Source: a candidate division WOR-3 bacterium
Lineage (GTDB): Bacteria > Hydrothermota > Tepidihabitantia > SM23-42
DNA length: 33,299 nucleotides
NCBI GenBank assembly: GCA_023128195.1
Contig: JAGMEL010000148.1
Span: 1-33,299, forward strand
Direction of reading: 5' to 3'
Within the stretch, counting starts at the first letter, position 1. Every line of letters begins with the position of its first letter. The position numbers and the translations under genes were made by a program. The notes beneath the pieces were generated by a model that was not told the origin of the DNA, searched no databases, and was given only the letters and a program-made list of their open reading frames with translations. This document shows positions 16,048-23,494 of this stretch, one piece after another.

Positions 16048-16775
16048 TGTGGAAGAAGAAAAAATCATCTCACTACATTTTTAATTATCACAAGGGCTCT
16101 TTGGCTGAGAAAAATATTGATGAAATAATAGAACTTCAGGAGAGTTGCTATGAATATATATGCGAGGTGCTAAAGGTAAAGATGAATAGAATAATTCACT
16201 ATTTTCTTTGTGAATCACCTGAAGAGGTAGGGAGGATGTACGGAGATGATGAACCTGTTAATGGAATTATTAAAATGCCTGATAAAATTTATGCAGTATA
16301 TAATGAAAAGGTAAAATGTATTGGTTTTCACGAAGATGTTCATTTAATATCCTATAATACTCTGGGAAAGCCCAAACAAACTTTTCTTCGTGAAGGTCTA
16401 GCTATGTTTTTTGATAAAGTTTGGTGGAGAATACCGAATGAAGCATGGGTGCAAGTTTACATTAACACGGGGCTATATCCTAAGTTGTCAACATTAACAG
16501 AATATGAAGAGTTTCATCGTTACAAAGATATAATTACCTATCCGATAGCAGGTGTCTTTGTAGATTATCTTATTTCTATTTTCGGAATTGAAAAATTTAA
16601 AGTTTTTTTTAAAACGGTTGATGAAAATTTTGATAAATGTTTTTTAAAGACATTTAGTATTTCTTTGAAAAATTTTGAGGATAAATTGACGAAATATGTA
16701 AAAATCATTGAGTATAATAAATGTATTTATGATGCTATCTACGAGCACTTGAAGAAAAATAGATTACTAAAATGA
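16047..16775 (+). CDS. Putative gluzincin-type zinc metallopeptidase (HExxH ... EGxA; Peptidase_MA-like)
   Basis: HEDVH with REGLAMFF 17 residues downstream. The ORF is open from TTG 16035, but ATG 16047 is preferred because of TAATG coupling to the upstream small ORF. No signal peptide. Confidence 0.5.
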   Translation: MWKKKKSSHYIFNYHKGSLAEKNIDEIIELQESCYEYICEVLKVKMNRIIHYFLCESPEEVGRMYGDDEPVNGIIKMPDKIYAVYNEKVKCIGFHEDVHLISYNTLGKPKQTFLREGLAMFFDKVWWRIPNEAWVQVYINTGLYPKLSTLTEYEEFHRYKDIITYPIAGVFVDYLISIFGIEKFKVFFKTVDENFDKCFLKTFSISLKNFEDKLTKYVKIIEYNKCIYDAIYEHLKKNRLLK

Positions 16776-16785
16776 GGTTGTGAAG

Positions 16786-16836
16786 ATGAGAATTAATAAA
16801 AAAGTGATAGAGAAATATTTGAATAAATGGCAGTAA
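16786..16836 (+). pseudogene. 16-codon stub duplicating the N-terminus of the small HExxH gene at 22021
   Basis: MRINKKVIEKYLNKWQ-stop, compared with MRMQVNKKTIEKYLNKWQD... 27 nt are identical (16807-16833 = 22048-22074). Confidence 0.65.
16807..16833 (+). repeat. Left copy of a 27-bp perfect direct repeat ATAGAGAAATATTTGAATAAATGGCAG
   Basis: Identical to 22048-22074. Confidence 0.95.
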
Positions 16837-16875
16837 CTATATTGGTAGTTTTTGTATAAAAAATGAGGAGGACAT

Positions 16876-16971
16876 ATGATGACAGAGGGACAATATAGCA
16901 GACCAGAGGTTTACGAATCTGGCAAGGGGCTTAGAGATTTAATCGAACCCACAGGGGATAGAGGTTTTTAA
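16876..16971 (+). CDS. Possible 31-aa small protein (MMTEGQYSRPEVYESGKGLRDLIEPTGDRGF)
   Basis: Strong SD (GAGGAGG 16865-16871) 4-7 nt upstream of tandem ATGs. It is not in the ORF track because it is too short. Confidence 0.35.
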   Translation: MMTEGQYSRPEVYESGKGLRDLIEPTGDRGF

Positions 16972-17005
16972 ACAGATTATCCCGGATAATCCTGAGATAA
17001 GAGAA

Positions 17006-17251
17006 TTGGATATCGGAGGGGAAAAGGTGATATTGCCTAGGGGTATTTTCCTCTTTATGGCATATAGTATTGGATGTTTGTTATTGTTCATTGCCGCGAG
17101 CATTGCTACTGCATTGATTACAGGTGGTGTAAATCTGCTCCAGTCTAATTTTCACAGATTGGAGCAAAAAATAAATAAAGAAATTAGTAGTTTGAAGAGT
17201 AAAATGGATGAGATAACAGAGATATTTAAAAAGAAAAGCGATTCAGGATAG
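17006..17251 (+). CDS. Small membrane protein with one TM helix plus a coiled-coil tail
   Basis: FLFMAYSIGCLLLFIAASIATALITGG hydrophobic helix followed by a heptad-like KINKEISSLKSKMDEITEIFKK. The more likely start is GTG 17027, with GGAGGGG at 17015-17021. Confidence 0.5.
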   Translation: MDIGGEKVILPRGIFLFMAYSIGCLLLFIAASIATALITGGVNLLQSNFHRLEQKINKEISSLKSKMDEITEIFKKKSDSG

Positions 17252-17288
17252 CAAATATTTTTGCAAAGAGATATTTTTAATTAATTAA

Positions 17289-18095
17289 TCAGAGGTAAGA
17301 TGATTTTATAGTATTGAGTATCAAATTTTTATCGAAAAGTCTTAATTCATTTTTATCTTCTAAAAATCGTTCAACATCTCTTTTCACTTTCTTAAAATCG
17401 ATTTTTTCAATTTTTTTACAGAGGAAATCCTTGAAATTATTTTTTTCAATTCTCACTATATTTTTATCAGTTTGTTTAATAGCGTTATTTAATAATAAAT
17501 AATTCGGCTCACTTTTTTTACTTAAATACCAAATAAGATCATAAAAATCTCTCCCTTTTGTGTATTTTCTATAGAAGCAGGCGTGAAGTTTTAAAGCATA
17601 AAGTGATGATAAGTCAAAGTGAGTTACAGTGAAAATATAGGTTTTATTGATTAATGTAACTTGCATAGTCCAGCCTTTTGGTGGATTGGTGTCAATCTCA
17701 AGACGGATGAGAATTTTGTGAGATTTAATTGGCGATAGGTTCAATTCATGTAATATGTTTTTAAATTTTATATCAATAGTTTGAACAATTTTCGAGTCTT
17801 TCTTTTTAATATCCAATTTAAACCCGTAATTTTCGAGTTCTCTATATAAATCTCCAGAAAACTTGTTGAATGTATAATTCTTTTTTTCGATGAGTGAAAA
17901 ATCCAGATCTTCAGAAAACCTTTTCAAATCGTAAAGAAGTCTTAGTGCGGTTCCACCAACAAAACTCAAATTCCTAAAATATCCCTTATTATAAATGATT
18001 CTTAAAATCAAGACCTGTAAAAATTCTCTCAAATAGTTGATTTTTTCCTCATTTGATTTTTTACTTTGCAATAATTTTTCAAGAATATCCATCAT
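17289..18095 (-). CDS. abiEii: AbiEii/AbiGii-family nucleotidyltransferase toxin (type IV TA)
   Basis: 268 aa with FVGGTALRLLY...RFSEDLDF, the NTase signature of the family. The gap to the upstream antitoxin gene is 2 nt. Confidence 0.85.
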   Translation of the reverse strand: MMDILEKLLQSKKSNEEKINYLREFLQVLILRIIYNKGYFRNLSFVGGTALRLLYDLKRFSEDLDFSLIEKKNYTFNKFSGDLYRELENYGFKLDIKKKDSKIVQTIDIKFKNILHELNLSPIKSHKILIRLEIDTNPPKGWTMQVTLINKTYIFTVTHFDLSSLYALKLHACFYRKYTKGRDFYDLIWYLSKKSEPNYLLLNNAIKQTDKNIVRIEKNNFKDFLCKKIEKIDFKKVKRDVERFLEDKNELRLFDKNLILNTIKSSYL

Positions 18096-18097
18096 AA

Positions 18098-18727
18098 TTA
18101 CACCTCTTTAATGAATTTAACTAATAATTTAATGATATCCATAAACCTATAGTTCTTAAAGTTTTTCGCGTAGTTACTAATCTTTTTAACACTTAGAGAT
18201 TCTACATTTTGTAGGCGCAGGGATTCGAAGAATTCTTTATCTTTGTTGCCAAACAGAGAGCGGTTTAGATAGGTGAAGTCAACCAATGCCTTTTCTGGCT
18301 CGGCAATAAAATAATTTAAGCCATTTTCGTCCTGTAATATTCTATAACCAGTAAAACACGTGATTTTGACACGTTGATAAATAAACCTGCCAAATTTATT
18401 CTCGAACATCATAGTTTTCTTCGGAGAGACAGAAGTTACGTCAGCAACTCGTTCTGGAATCAGGTCATAAAATCCAAGTGCATATTCTGTACTAATATAA
18501 GAAGGTTCATATAATTGATTTGCCAGAAACGTACGGGATGGTGTGATTTTACGGTCAATTTCATTTAAGATATACAATCCCTTCTTTAGTTTAATTACCA
18601 GTCCTTTTTTCTGCCATTTAGTTAGCTGATTTCTCAACACCTGCCTGTTTTCTCCCAGACTGTTAAGATGACTGGTAGAAAATATAGGAAAACCAATTAC
18701 TTTCTTTTTAAATTCTAAATAGTTCAT
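18098..18727 (-). CDS. abiEi: AbiEi-family antitoxin/transcriptional regulator
   Basis: The N-terminal winged-helix-like part (LTKWQKKGLVIKLKKGLY) and a length of about 210 aa fit AbiEi. I trimmed the track ORF (to 18838) because a consensus promoter lies inside the extension. Confidence 0.75.
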   Translation of the reverse strand: MNYLEFKKKVIGFPIFSTSHLNSLGENRQVLRNQLTKWQKKGLVIKLKKGLYILNEIDRKITPSRTFLANQLYEPSYISTEYALGFYDLIPERVADVTSVSPKKTMMFENKFGRFIYQRVKITCFTGYRILQDENGLNYFIAEPEKALVDFTYLNRSLFGNKDKEFFESLRLQNVESLSVKKISNYAKNFKNYRFMDIIKLLVKFIKEV

Positions 18728-18764
18728 TTCTTTAAATAATCCTTTTTTATTATTTACAGAAATA

Positions 18765-18792
18765 ATTATACATATATATCTTATATTGTCAA
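18765..18792 (-). promoter_or_regulatory. abiEi-abiEii promoter (TTGACA-N16-TATAAT)
   Basis: The minus strand reads TTGACA (18792-18787), a 16-nt spacer, then TATAAT (18770-18765), about 38 nt upstream of ATG 18727. Confidence 0.6.
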
Positions 18793-18886
18793 GCGTAAAA
18801 TTGAAGATTTTTGAAAAGTCCAGAAATCTCGGTCCCATTTAATTGCTAAATTAGCTGAGTCCTCTTACCTTTTTTGAAATACTAAT

Positions 18887-19094
18887 TTGTCATTGCGAGG
18901 AACGAAGTGACGAAGCAATCTCCTAAATAAAGTAAGCCGTTGAAAAAACATGATATTGCTCATTCGAAGTATATTGAGATTGCCACGCGGACTCCGCCCA
19001 TTGGCGGGATTCGCTCGCCCTGTTAAATAGAAACTACAAGAGAGGAATTAATCATTCTGTGGAAATTGTTATTTAACGGGGCGAGCAATGACAA
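18887..19094. mobile_element. MITE-like nested palindromic element (about 208 bp)
   Basis: 10-bp terminal inverted repeats TTGTCATTGC / GCAATGACAA. Internal long stem GCTCGCCCTGTTAAATA / TATTTAACGGGGCGAGC, a CCGCCC-ATTG-GCGGG hairpin, and an ATTGC...GCAAT hairpin (CATTGCGAGGAACGAAGTGACGAAGCAATC). No coding capacity. Confidence 0.5.
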
Positions 19095-19170
19095 GAGCCA
19101 TGATGCTATAGAAAAACAATATTGATAATGCTTTACAAAAAGTGGAGAGGAATCAGCTAAATCTCAACTC

Positions 19171-19198
19171 TTGACTATTTAAATAATTCTATTATATT
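19171..19198 (+). promoter_or_regulatory. Promoter of the lipoprotein gene (TTGACT-N16-TATATT)
   Basis: TTGACT 19171-19176 and TATATT 19193-19198. GAGGAGGA lies before ATG 19216. Confidence 0.5.
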
Positions 19199-19215
19199 TA
19201 CAGAGAGGAGGAACA

Positions 19216-20073
19216 ATGAAAAAGTACTTTAATTTTCTAACCGAGTCTCTCATTTGTTTAGCGTTAGTAGTATGCGTTATATCAAATTGTGCTGAAGATT
19301 ACGATTATATAGAACTTCAATATGCTGATTTTATGAGTGAGTCATGTGATGACATAGCTGAGAATTTAGCAGAGGCATTAGAGGTTACACCTATTACTTA
19401 TTCAGGAAAGGTTATGCCTGGTTCGATTATCGATGAATTAGGTCAGGATCTAGAATTTCTAAAAGAAGGATTTCAATACATCGCAGTAAACGACGCTAAA
19501 ATTACTATCTATGTTGATGAAGATGATCAGCCTTATGTGATAACATATCTTCTAAGACGACAAGGGATATCAGAAGATTGGTCATATAATCAAGAAGAAG
19601 TAAATACCCATGTAAGGTCTGTACTAACGCAGGTTGGCATAACATTCGACGGTTCAGAGGATTTTTCATCTCATCAATGTGCTGGGATTTCTGTTGGTCA
19701 TTATTACGATATTTTAATAAAACAAACATTTGGTGAAATGCCTTTGGAATATCCGTACATCCATGCAGAAGTAGAGGGAGAGACAGGTGAAATAAACTTT
19801 TTGAAGATATGTAGATGGTATATTGATTTTGACGAAATCGATCATATCCTTTCAGATAATGACTTGGCATCAATAGCTGCAAATTATTTTAACTCAAGCT
19901 ATGAGGTTGTAGCAATATTAGATCTTGATGCAGATGGTTATTACATTAATAAAGATAGATTATGTAGGATGGTTGGACGCGCTTTAATTGATGAATGGGG
20001 TTCTTCCATGACTTTACTCATTGATATTCAGAGCGGAGAAATTGTAGATACAAAGAAAACCATCGTATATTAA
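19216..20073 (+). CDS. Acidic lipoprotein of unknown function (possible tandem PepSY-like folds)
   Basis: Signal peptide plus lipobox-like VISNC. The sequence is very D/E-rich. Two segments end in strand-turn motifs resembling PepSY (AKITIYVDEDDQPYVITY; MTLLIDIQSGEIVD). The domain call is tentative. Confidence 0.45.
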   Translation: MKKYFNFLTESLICLALVVCVISNCAEDYDYIELQYADFMSESCDDIAENLAEALEVTPITYSGKVMPGSIIDELGQDLEFLKEGFQYIAVNDAKITIYVDEDDQPYVITYLLRRQGISEDWSYNQEEVNTHVRSVLTQVGITFDGSEDFSSHQCAGISVGHYYDILIKQTFGEMPLEYPYIHAEVEGETGEINFLKICRWYIDFDEIDHILSDNDLASIAANYFNSSYEVVAILDLDADGYYINKDRLCRMVGRALIDEWGSSMTLLIDIQSGEIVDTKKTIVY

Positions 20074-20126
20074 GTCATTAAAGCTACTGCTTGTTCCATT
20101 CATCTACGGATTTGGATAAGCGGGTG

Positions 20127-20162
20127 GAAGAAATTGTAGTTGCTCAATTTATTGGGTCATTT
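20127..20162. repeat. Copy 2 of the conserved 36-bp intergenic motif
   Basis: See 15862-15897. It lies about 60 nt upstream of the serpin-like gene. Confidence 0.6.
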
Positions 20163-20223
20163 TATATACAGTTACAGAAGCAGGGCTGTACGCAAAGGAT
20201 AGAAAGTATGAAAGAGGTGATTT

Positions 20224-21294
20224 ATGTTGGTTGAGAAAAAGATAATATGTTTTTTATTGATATTATTATTAACTTCAATTTTGACAGGGCAAGAGATTAC
20301 TGCAATAGATTCGAAAGAACTGCAAAAAACAGTTATTACATCCCACATGGAAGCGGAAATTCAACCAGGAAAAAATCTTATTTACTGTTCTACTTTTCAA
20401 CTTGCATGGAATGATTTTCGAGATTCTTTCAGTATGCACCTTTCAGATGAACCAGAGGTCATTGAGTTATTGGATAAGAAGCTTTTTTCAAAAGAAGATA
20501 TATCAGAAGACTGCTATGTTGCCATGACGGGGCAAGGTAAAGAGATTGTTGAGAGAATAAATAAAGCCCTGAAAGAAAAATTTAAAGGCGAAGCATGGCT
20601 TCTTGAAAAATCACATGTTTTTGAAAATCACCCAGATCCTTTGTTTCTTGCATATGCTTTTTTATATAAAAATCTCATATTCCAAGAGGAATTTGAAGGT
20701 CTTAATGAGCCGATCTATTTTCAATCTAATGGCGAGCCTGTAAAGGTAAAGGCGTTCGGAATAAAAGAGTTTTCACCAGATAAAGAGAAACATCAAAATC
20801 TTGGAAAACAAGTTTCTATCCTTTATTATGATTTTGGTAAAACTGGTTTCAATTTTATTATTAAACTTACATCAAAATCACCAGATGATGAAATCATTCT
20901 TGCAAAAATAGAGTCAAAGAAAACATTGTTAGAAACGATTAAATCTGTAAATGAATGTATTAAGAATACTAAGCCTCGTGGTTTGGGGCACGGTGATGTT
21001 TTAAAAATTCCTAAATTAGATTATGATATCGGTCATCAGTATTCTGATATTGAACGTTATCTCGCTATGTGGGTCGATGGACCAGCAAAGGCTTATCAAA
21101 GGATTCGTTTTAAATTTAATGAAAAAGGGACAATAGTAAAATCTGAAGCAGCAGTTGGCGTGGAGTTTGAAGAAATAGTTACACACTTTCTAAATTTTGA
21201 TAGACCATTTTTGATTTATTTAAAACAAAAAGATGCGAAATATCCCTATTTTGCAATGTGGATTGATAATTCTGAATTGATGCTTAAACAATGA
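20224..21294 (+). CDS. Secreted serpin-fold protein (divergent)
   Basis: Signal peptide present. Serpin landmarks by eye: NLIYCSTFQLAW (helix B region), FLYKNLIFQEEFE...VKVKAF (s3A/s4C block), VLKIPKLDYD, the hinge-like FNEKGTIVKSEAAVG, and C-terminal FDRPFLIYL. Confidence 0.6.
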   Translation: MLVEKKIICFLLILLLTSILTGQEITAIDSKELQKTVITSHMEAEIQPGKNLIYCSTFQLAWNDFRDSFSMHLSDEPEVIELLDKKLFSKEDISEDCYVAMTGQGKEIVERINKALKEKFKGEAWLLEKSHVFENHPDPLFLAYAFLYKNLIFQEEFEGLNEPIYFQSNGEPVKVKAFGIKEFSPDKEKHQNLGKQVSILYYDFGKTGFNFIIKLTSKSPDDEIILAKIESKKTLLETIKSVNECIKNTKPRGLGHGDVLKIPKLDYDIGHQYSDIERYLAMWVDGPAKAYQRIRFKFNEKGTIVKSEAAVGVEFEEIVTHFLNFDRPFLIYLKQKDAKYPYFAMWIDNSELMLKQ

Positions 21295-21312
21295 GACTGC
21301 ACTATACATATT

Positions 21313-21996
21313 TTGCAAGGTCAAACAGAAAAACCATATATGATTGAGCAAGGCGTTTATAAAATCCCATTAGTTTTACCAGCATCACTTGAACCGCAAA
21401 GAAAGAAGTTTGATAAAACATTAGCAGCTGCTCAAAAGCGCCTTAAAAATTTTGCTGAAAAAAATGGCTGGGAAGCATTTATTAAAGAAAATTTTGTTGA
21501 CCATGCTGAAATCTTTGATAATAAAAATAGGTTTGACCAAACATTTCTAAAACTACATGATGAAAAGCCATCAACCAAGTTACCAAAGACAGTATCTGCT
21601 GCTTTGGAAAAAAGGATATTTATTGCCGTTTCACCGAAGTTGTATAGCAAAAACTATCCAGAGGGTATTGAAGAGAAATCCTTTGAAAAGCTGATAACGC
21701 ACGAGATGGCGCACAGACTCCATATCAGAATTCTTGATGGCGATGAACATGCAATGGGTCCTGTTTGGTTTTATGAAGGATTTGCAATATATGCGGCAGG
21801 ACAGTTTGAAAAATCCAGAGCAAAATTGAATTCTACTGAAATTTGGGAAATTATAAAAGAACAAGAAAGGGGCAGTTATAAAAATTATTCATTTGTTTTT
21901 CGTTATTTCCTAACCAGAGTCTCTATCAATGATTTGGTGGAAAGGGCAGGAAAAAAAGATTTTCTGGATTGGTTGAGGCAGGTTGATAACCAATGA
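21313..21996 (+). CDS. Putative gluzincin-type zinc metallopeptidase (HExxH ... EGxA; Peptidase_MA-like)
   Basis: HEMAH with YEGFAIYA 21 residues downstream and no signal peptide. The start is uncertain (TTG 21313 or ATG 21340). Confidence 0.5.
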   Translation: MQGQTEKPYMIEQGVYKIPLVLPASLEPQRKKFDKTLAAAQKRLKNFAEKNGWEAFIKENFVDHAEIFDNKNRFDQTFLKLHDEKPSTKLPKTVSAALEKRIFIAVSPKLYSKNYPEGIEEKSFEKLITHEMAHRLHIRILDGDEHAMGPVWFYEGFAIYAAGQFEKSRAKLNSTEIWEIIKEQERGSYKNYSFVFRYFLTRVSINDLVERAGKKDFLDWLRQVDNQ

Positions 21997-22020
21997 TAAT
22001 AATAATCTGAGCAGGAAAAT

Positions 22021-22470
22021 ATGAGAATGCAGGTAAATAAAAAAACAATAGAGAAATATTTGAATAAATGGCAGGATATCCTACGCCTTCGGGACTGGGA
22101 TATTGTGGTTAAGATCGTAAAAAAGAAATGGCGCAAGTCTGGCGATATAAAGATCGATCTTGAAGACAAAAAAGCAGTCCTGTTAGTAAATAATAAACCA
22201 AAATGTGACAATCTTGAAGAATTAGTAGTTCACGAATTGCTTCATGTGAAATTGTATGGCATGGACCAGATGATCGAAGACCTTTTGTCCATTATATACG
22301 GAAAAACGAGTAATAAAAAGAAAGACTTTGCCTACACTCAATTTATGTTGCTTTTGGAATCTACTGTTGAGGATCTAACCAAGGGTTATCTGTCTGCTGC
22401 AAAGAGTAAAAAATCACTATCATTTGGCAGGTTAAAAAATGCCATTGATAAAGAAATAAGAAATAAATAG
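22021..22470 (+). CDS. Small HExxH protein, SprT-like minimal metallopeptidase
   Basis: 149 aa with the pattern LRDWDIVV...GDIKIDLEDKKAVLLV...LVVHELLHVKLYG (W.I ... G.I ... HExxH), as in SprT-like and phage minimal zincins. Confidence 0.45.
   Translation: MRMQVNKKTIEKYLNKWQDILRLRDWDIVVKIVKKKWRKSGDIKIDLEDKKAVLLVNNKPKCDNLEELVVHELLHVKLYGMDQMIEDLLSIIYGKTSNKKKDFAYTQFMLLLESTVEDLTKGYLSAAKSKKSLSFGRLKNAIDKEIRNK
22048..22074 (+). repeat. Right copy of the 27-bp perfect direct repeat
   Basis: Identical to 16807-16833. It covers codons 10-18 of the 22021 gene. Confidence 0.95.
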
Positions 22471-22499
22471 AAGGGATCGAGAAGTACCTTTTTGATACA

Positions 22500-22527
22500 T
22501 TGACAAAGATTATTATTACTCTATAAT
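22500..22527 (+). promoter_or_regulatory. Promoter of the CDF transporter gene (TTGACA-N16-TATAAT)
   Basis: TTGACA 22500-22505 and TATAAT 22522-22527. Confidence 0.55.
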
Positions 22528-22538
22528 GTGATTCAAGA

Positions 22539-23462
22539 ATGGGAACCAAAATCACTGACAAATTAATTTCTTTGTTTCATCTTGATAAGGGTGATAAAAG
22601 GAAAAATTATGGTTATTTTGCCGGCATTATCAGTATTGTAGTAAATGTCATTCTTTTTGCTATAAAGCTTATTTTCGGGGTTTCTTTAAAAAGTGTATCG
22701 CTTATAGCCGATGCATTCCATTCACTTTCTGATGTGGTAACGTCGTTTATTGTTATACTCGGGTTTAAAATTTCCGCGAAGCCACCTGATAAAAAACACC
22801 CTTTTGGCCACGGCAGAGCAGAGCGTATTTTTTCAATTGTAATCGCCTGTATATTGATAATTATAGGAGTTGAATTTTTTATTAATGGCTTTAATAGACT
22901 TAGAAATCCGATTCCTATTGATTCTAACTGGCTAATTGTCATTGTTCTTCTTATTACAGTTCTTGTCAAAGAATTTCTTTCACATGTTTCTTTTGATCTC
23001 GGGAAGAAAATTAATTCGCCAACCTTGAAAGCAGATGCCTGGCATCATCGAACAGATTCTATTTCAACAGTTCTTGTGATAATTGGTTTTATACTCTATC
23101 GATTCGGGTTCTATTATATTGATGGAATTTTAGGTATGGTTATTTCTGTTCTCATAGCATACACCGGAATTTCGATTATTAAAGAATCAGGGAGTTTTCT
23201 TATGGGTGAAGCACCTTCTTTGTCTTTGTTTGAAAAAATAAAAGAAACTGCGTTGTGTTGTGATAGTGTCAGTGATGTACACCATGTCCATGTGCATGAC
23301 TATGGTGGAAAAATAGAGATTACACTTCACATACGATTAAACAAAAAAACACGTCTTGACAAAGCACACGAGAAGGCATCGCAAGTAGAAAAAGCAGTAA
23401 AGGAAAACATAAGAGGCGCAGAAGTAACAGTGCACATTGAACCTGAATTTAAAGAAAACTGA
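22539..23462 (+). CDS. Cation diffusion facilitator family metal efflux transporter
   Basis: 307 aa with six TM segments, ADAFHSLSDV (TM2) and ADAWHHRTDS (TM5) metal-site motifs, and a C-terminal cytoplasmic domain. Confidence 0.88.
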   Translation: MGTKITDKLISLFHLDKGDKRKNYGYFAGIISIVVNVILFAIKLIFGVSLKSVSLIADAFHSLSDVVTSFIVILGFKISAKPPDKKHPFGHGRAERIFSIVIACILIIIGVEFFINGFNRLRNPIPIDSNWLIVIVLLITVLVKEFLSHVSFDLGKKINSPTLKADAWHHRTDSISTVLVIIGFILYRFGFYYIDGILGMVISVLIAYTGISIIKESGSFLMGEAPSLSLFEKIKETALCCDSVSDVHHVHVHDYGGKIEITLHIRLNKKTRLDKAHEKASQVEKAVKENIRGAEVTVHIEPEFKEN

Positions 23463-23494
23463 TGAATGATTAGCTATTTATAAAATATAGAAAA

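Noticed and set aside
18728-18838. N-terminal 37-codon extension of the AbiEi ORF in the track
   Set aside because: The extension contains a consensus TTGACA-N16-TATAAT promoter, and its peptide has low-complexity, non-AbiEi sequence. The start was moved to ATG 18727.
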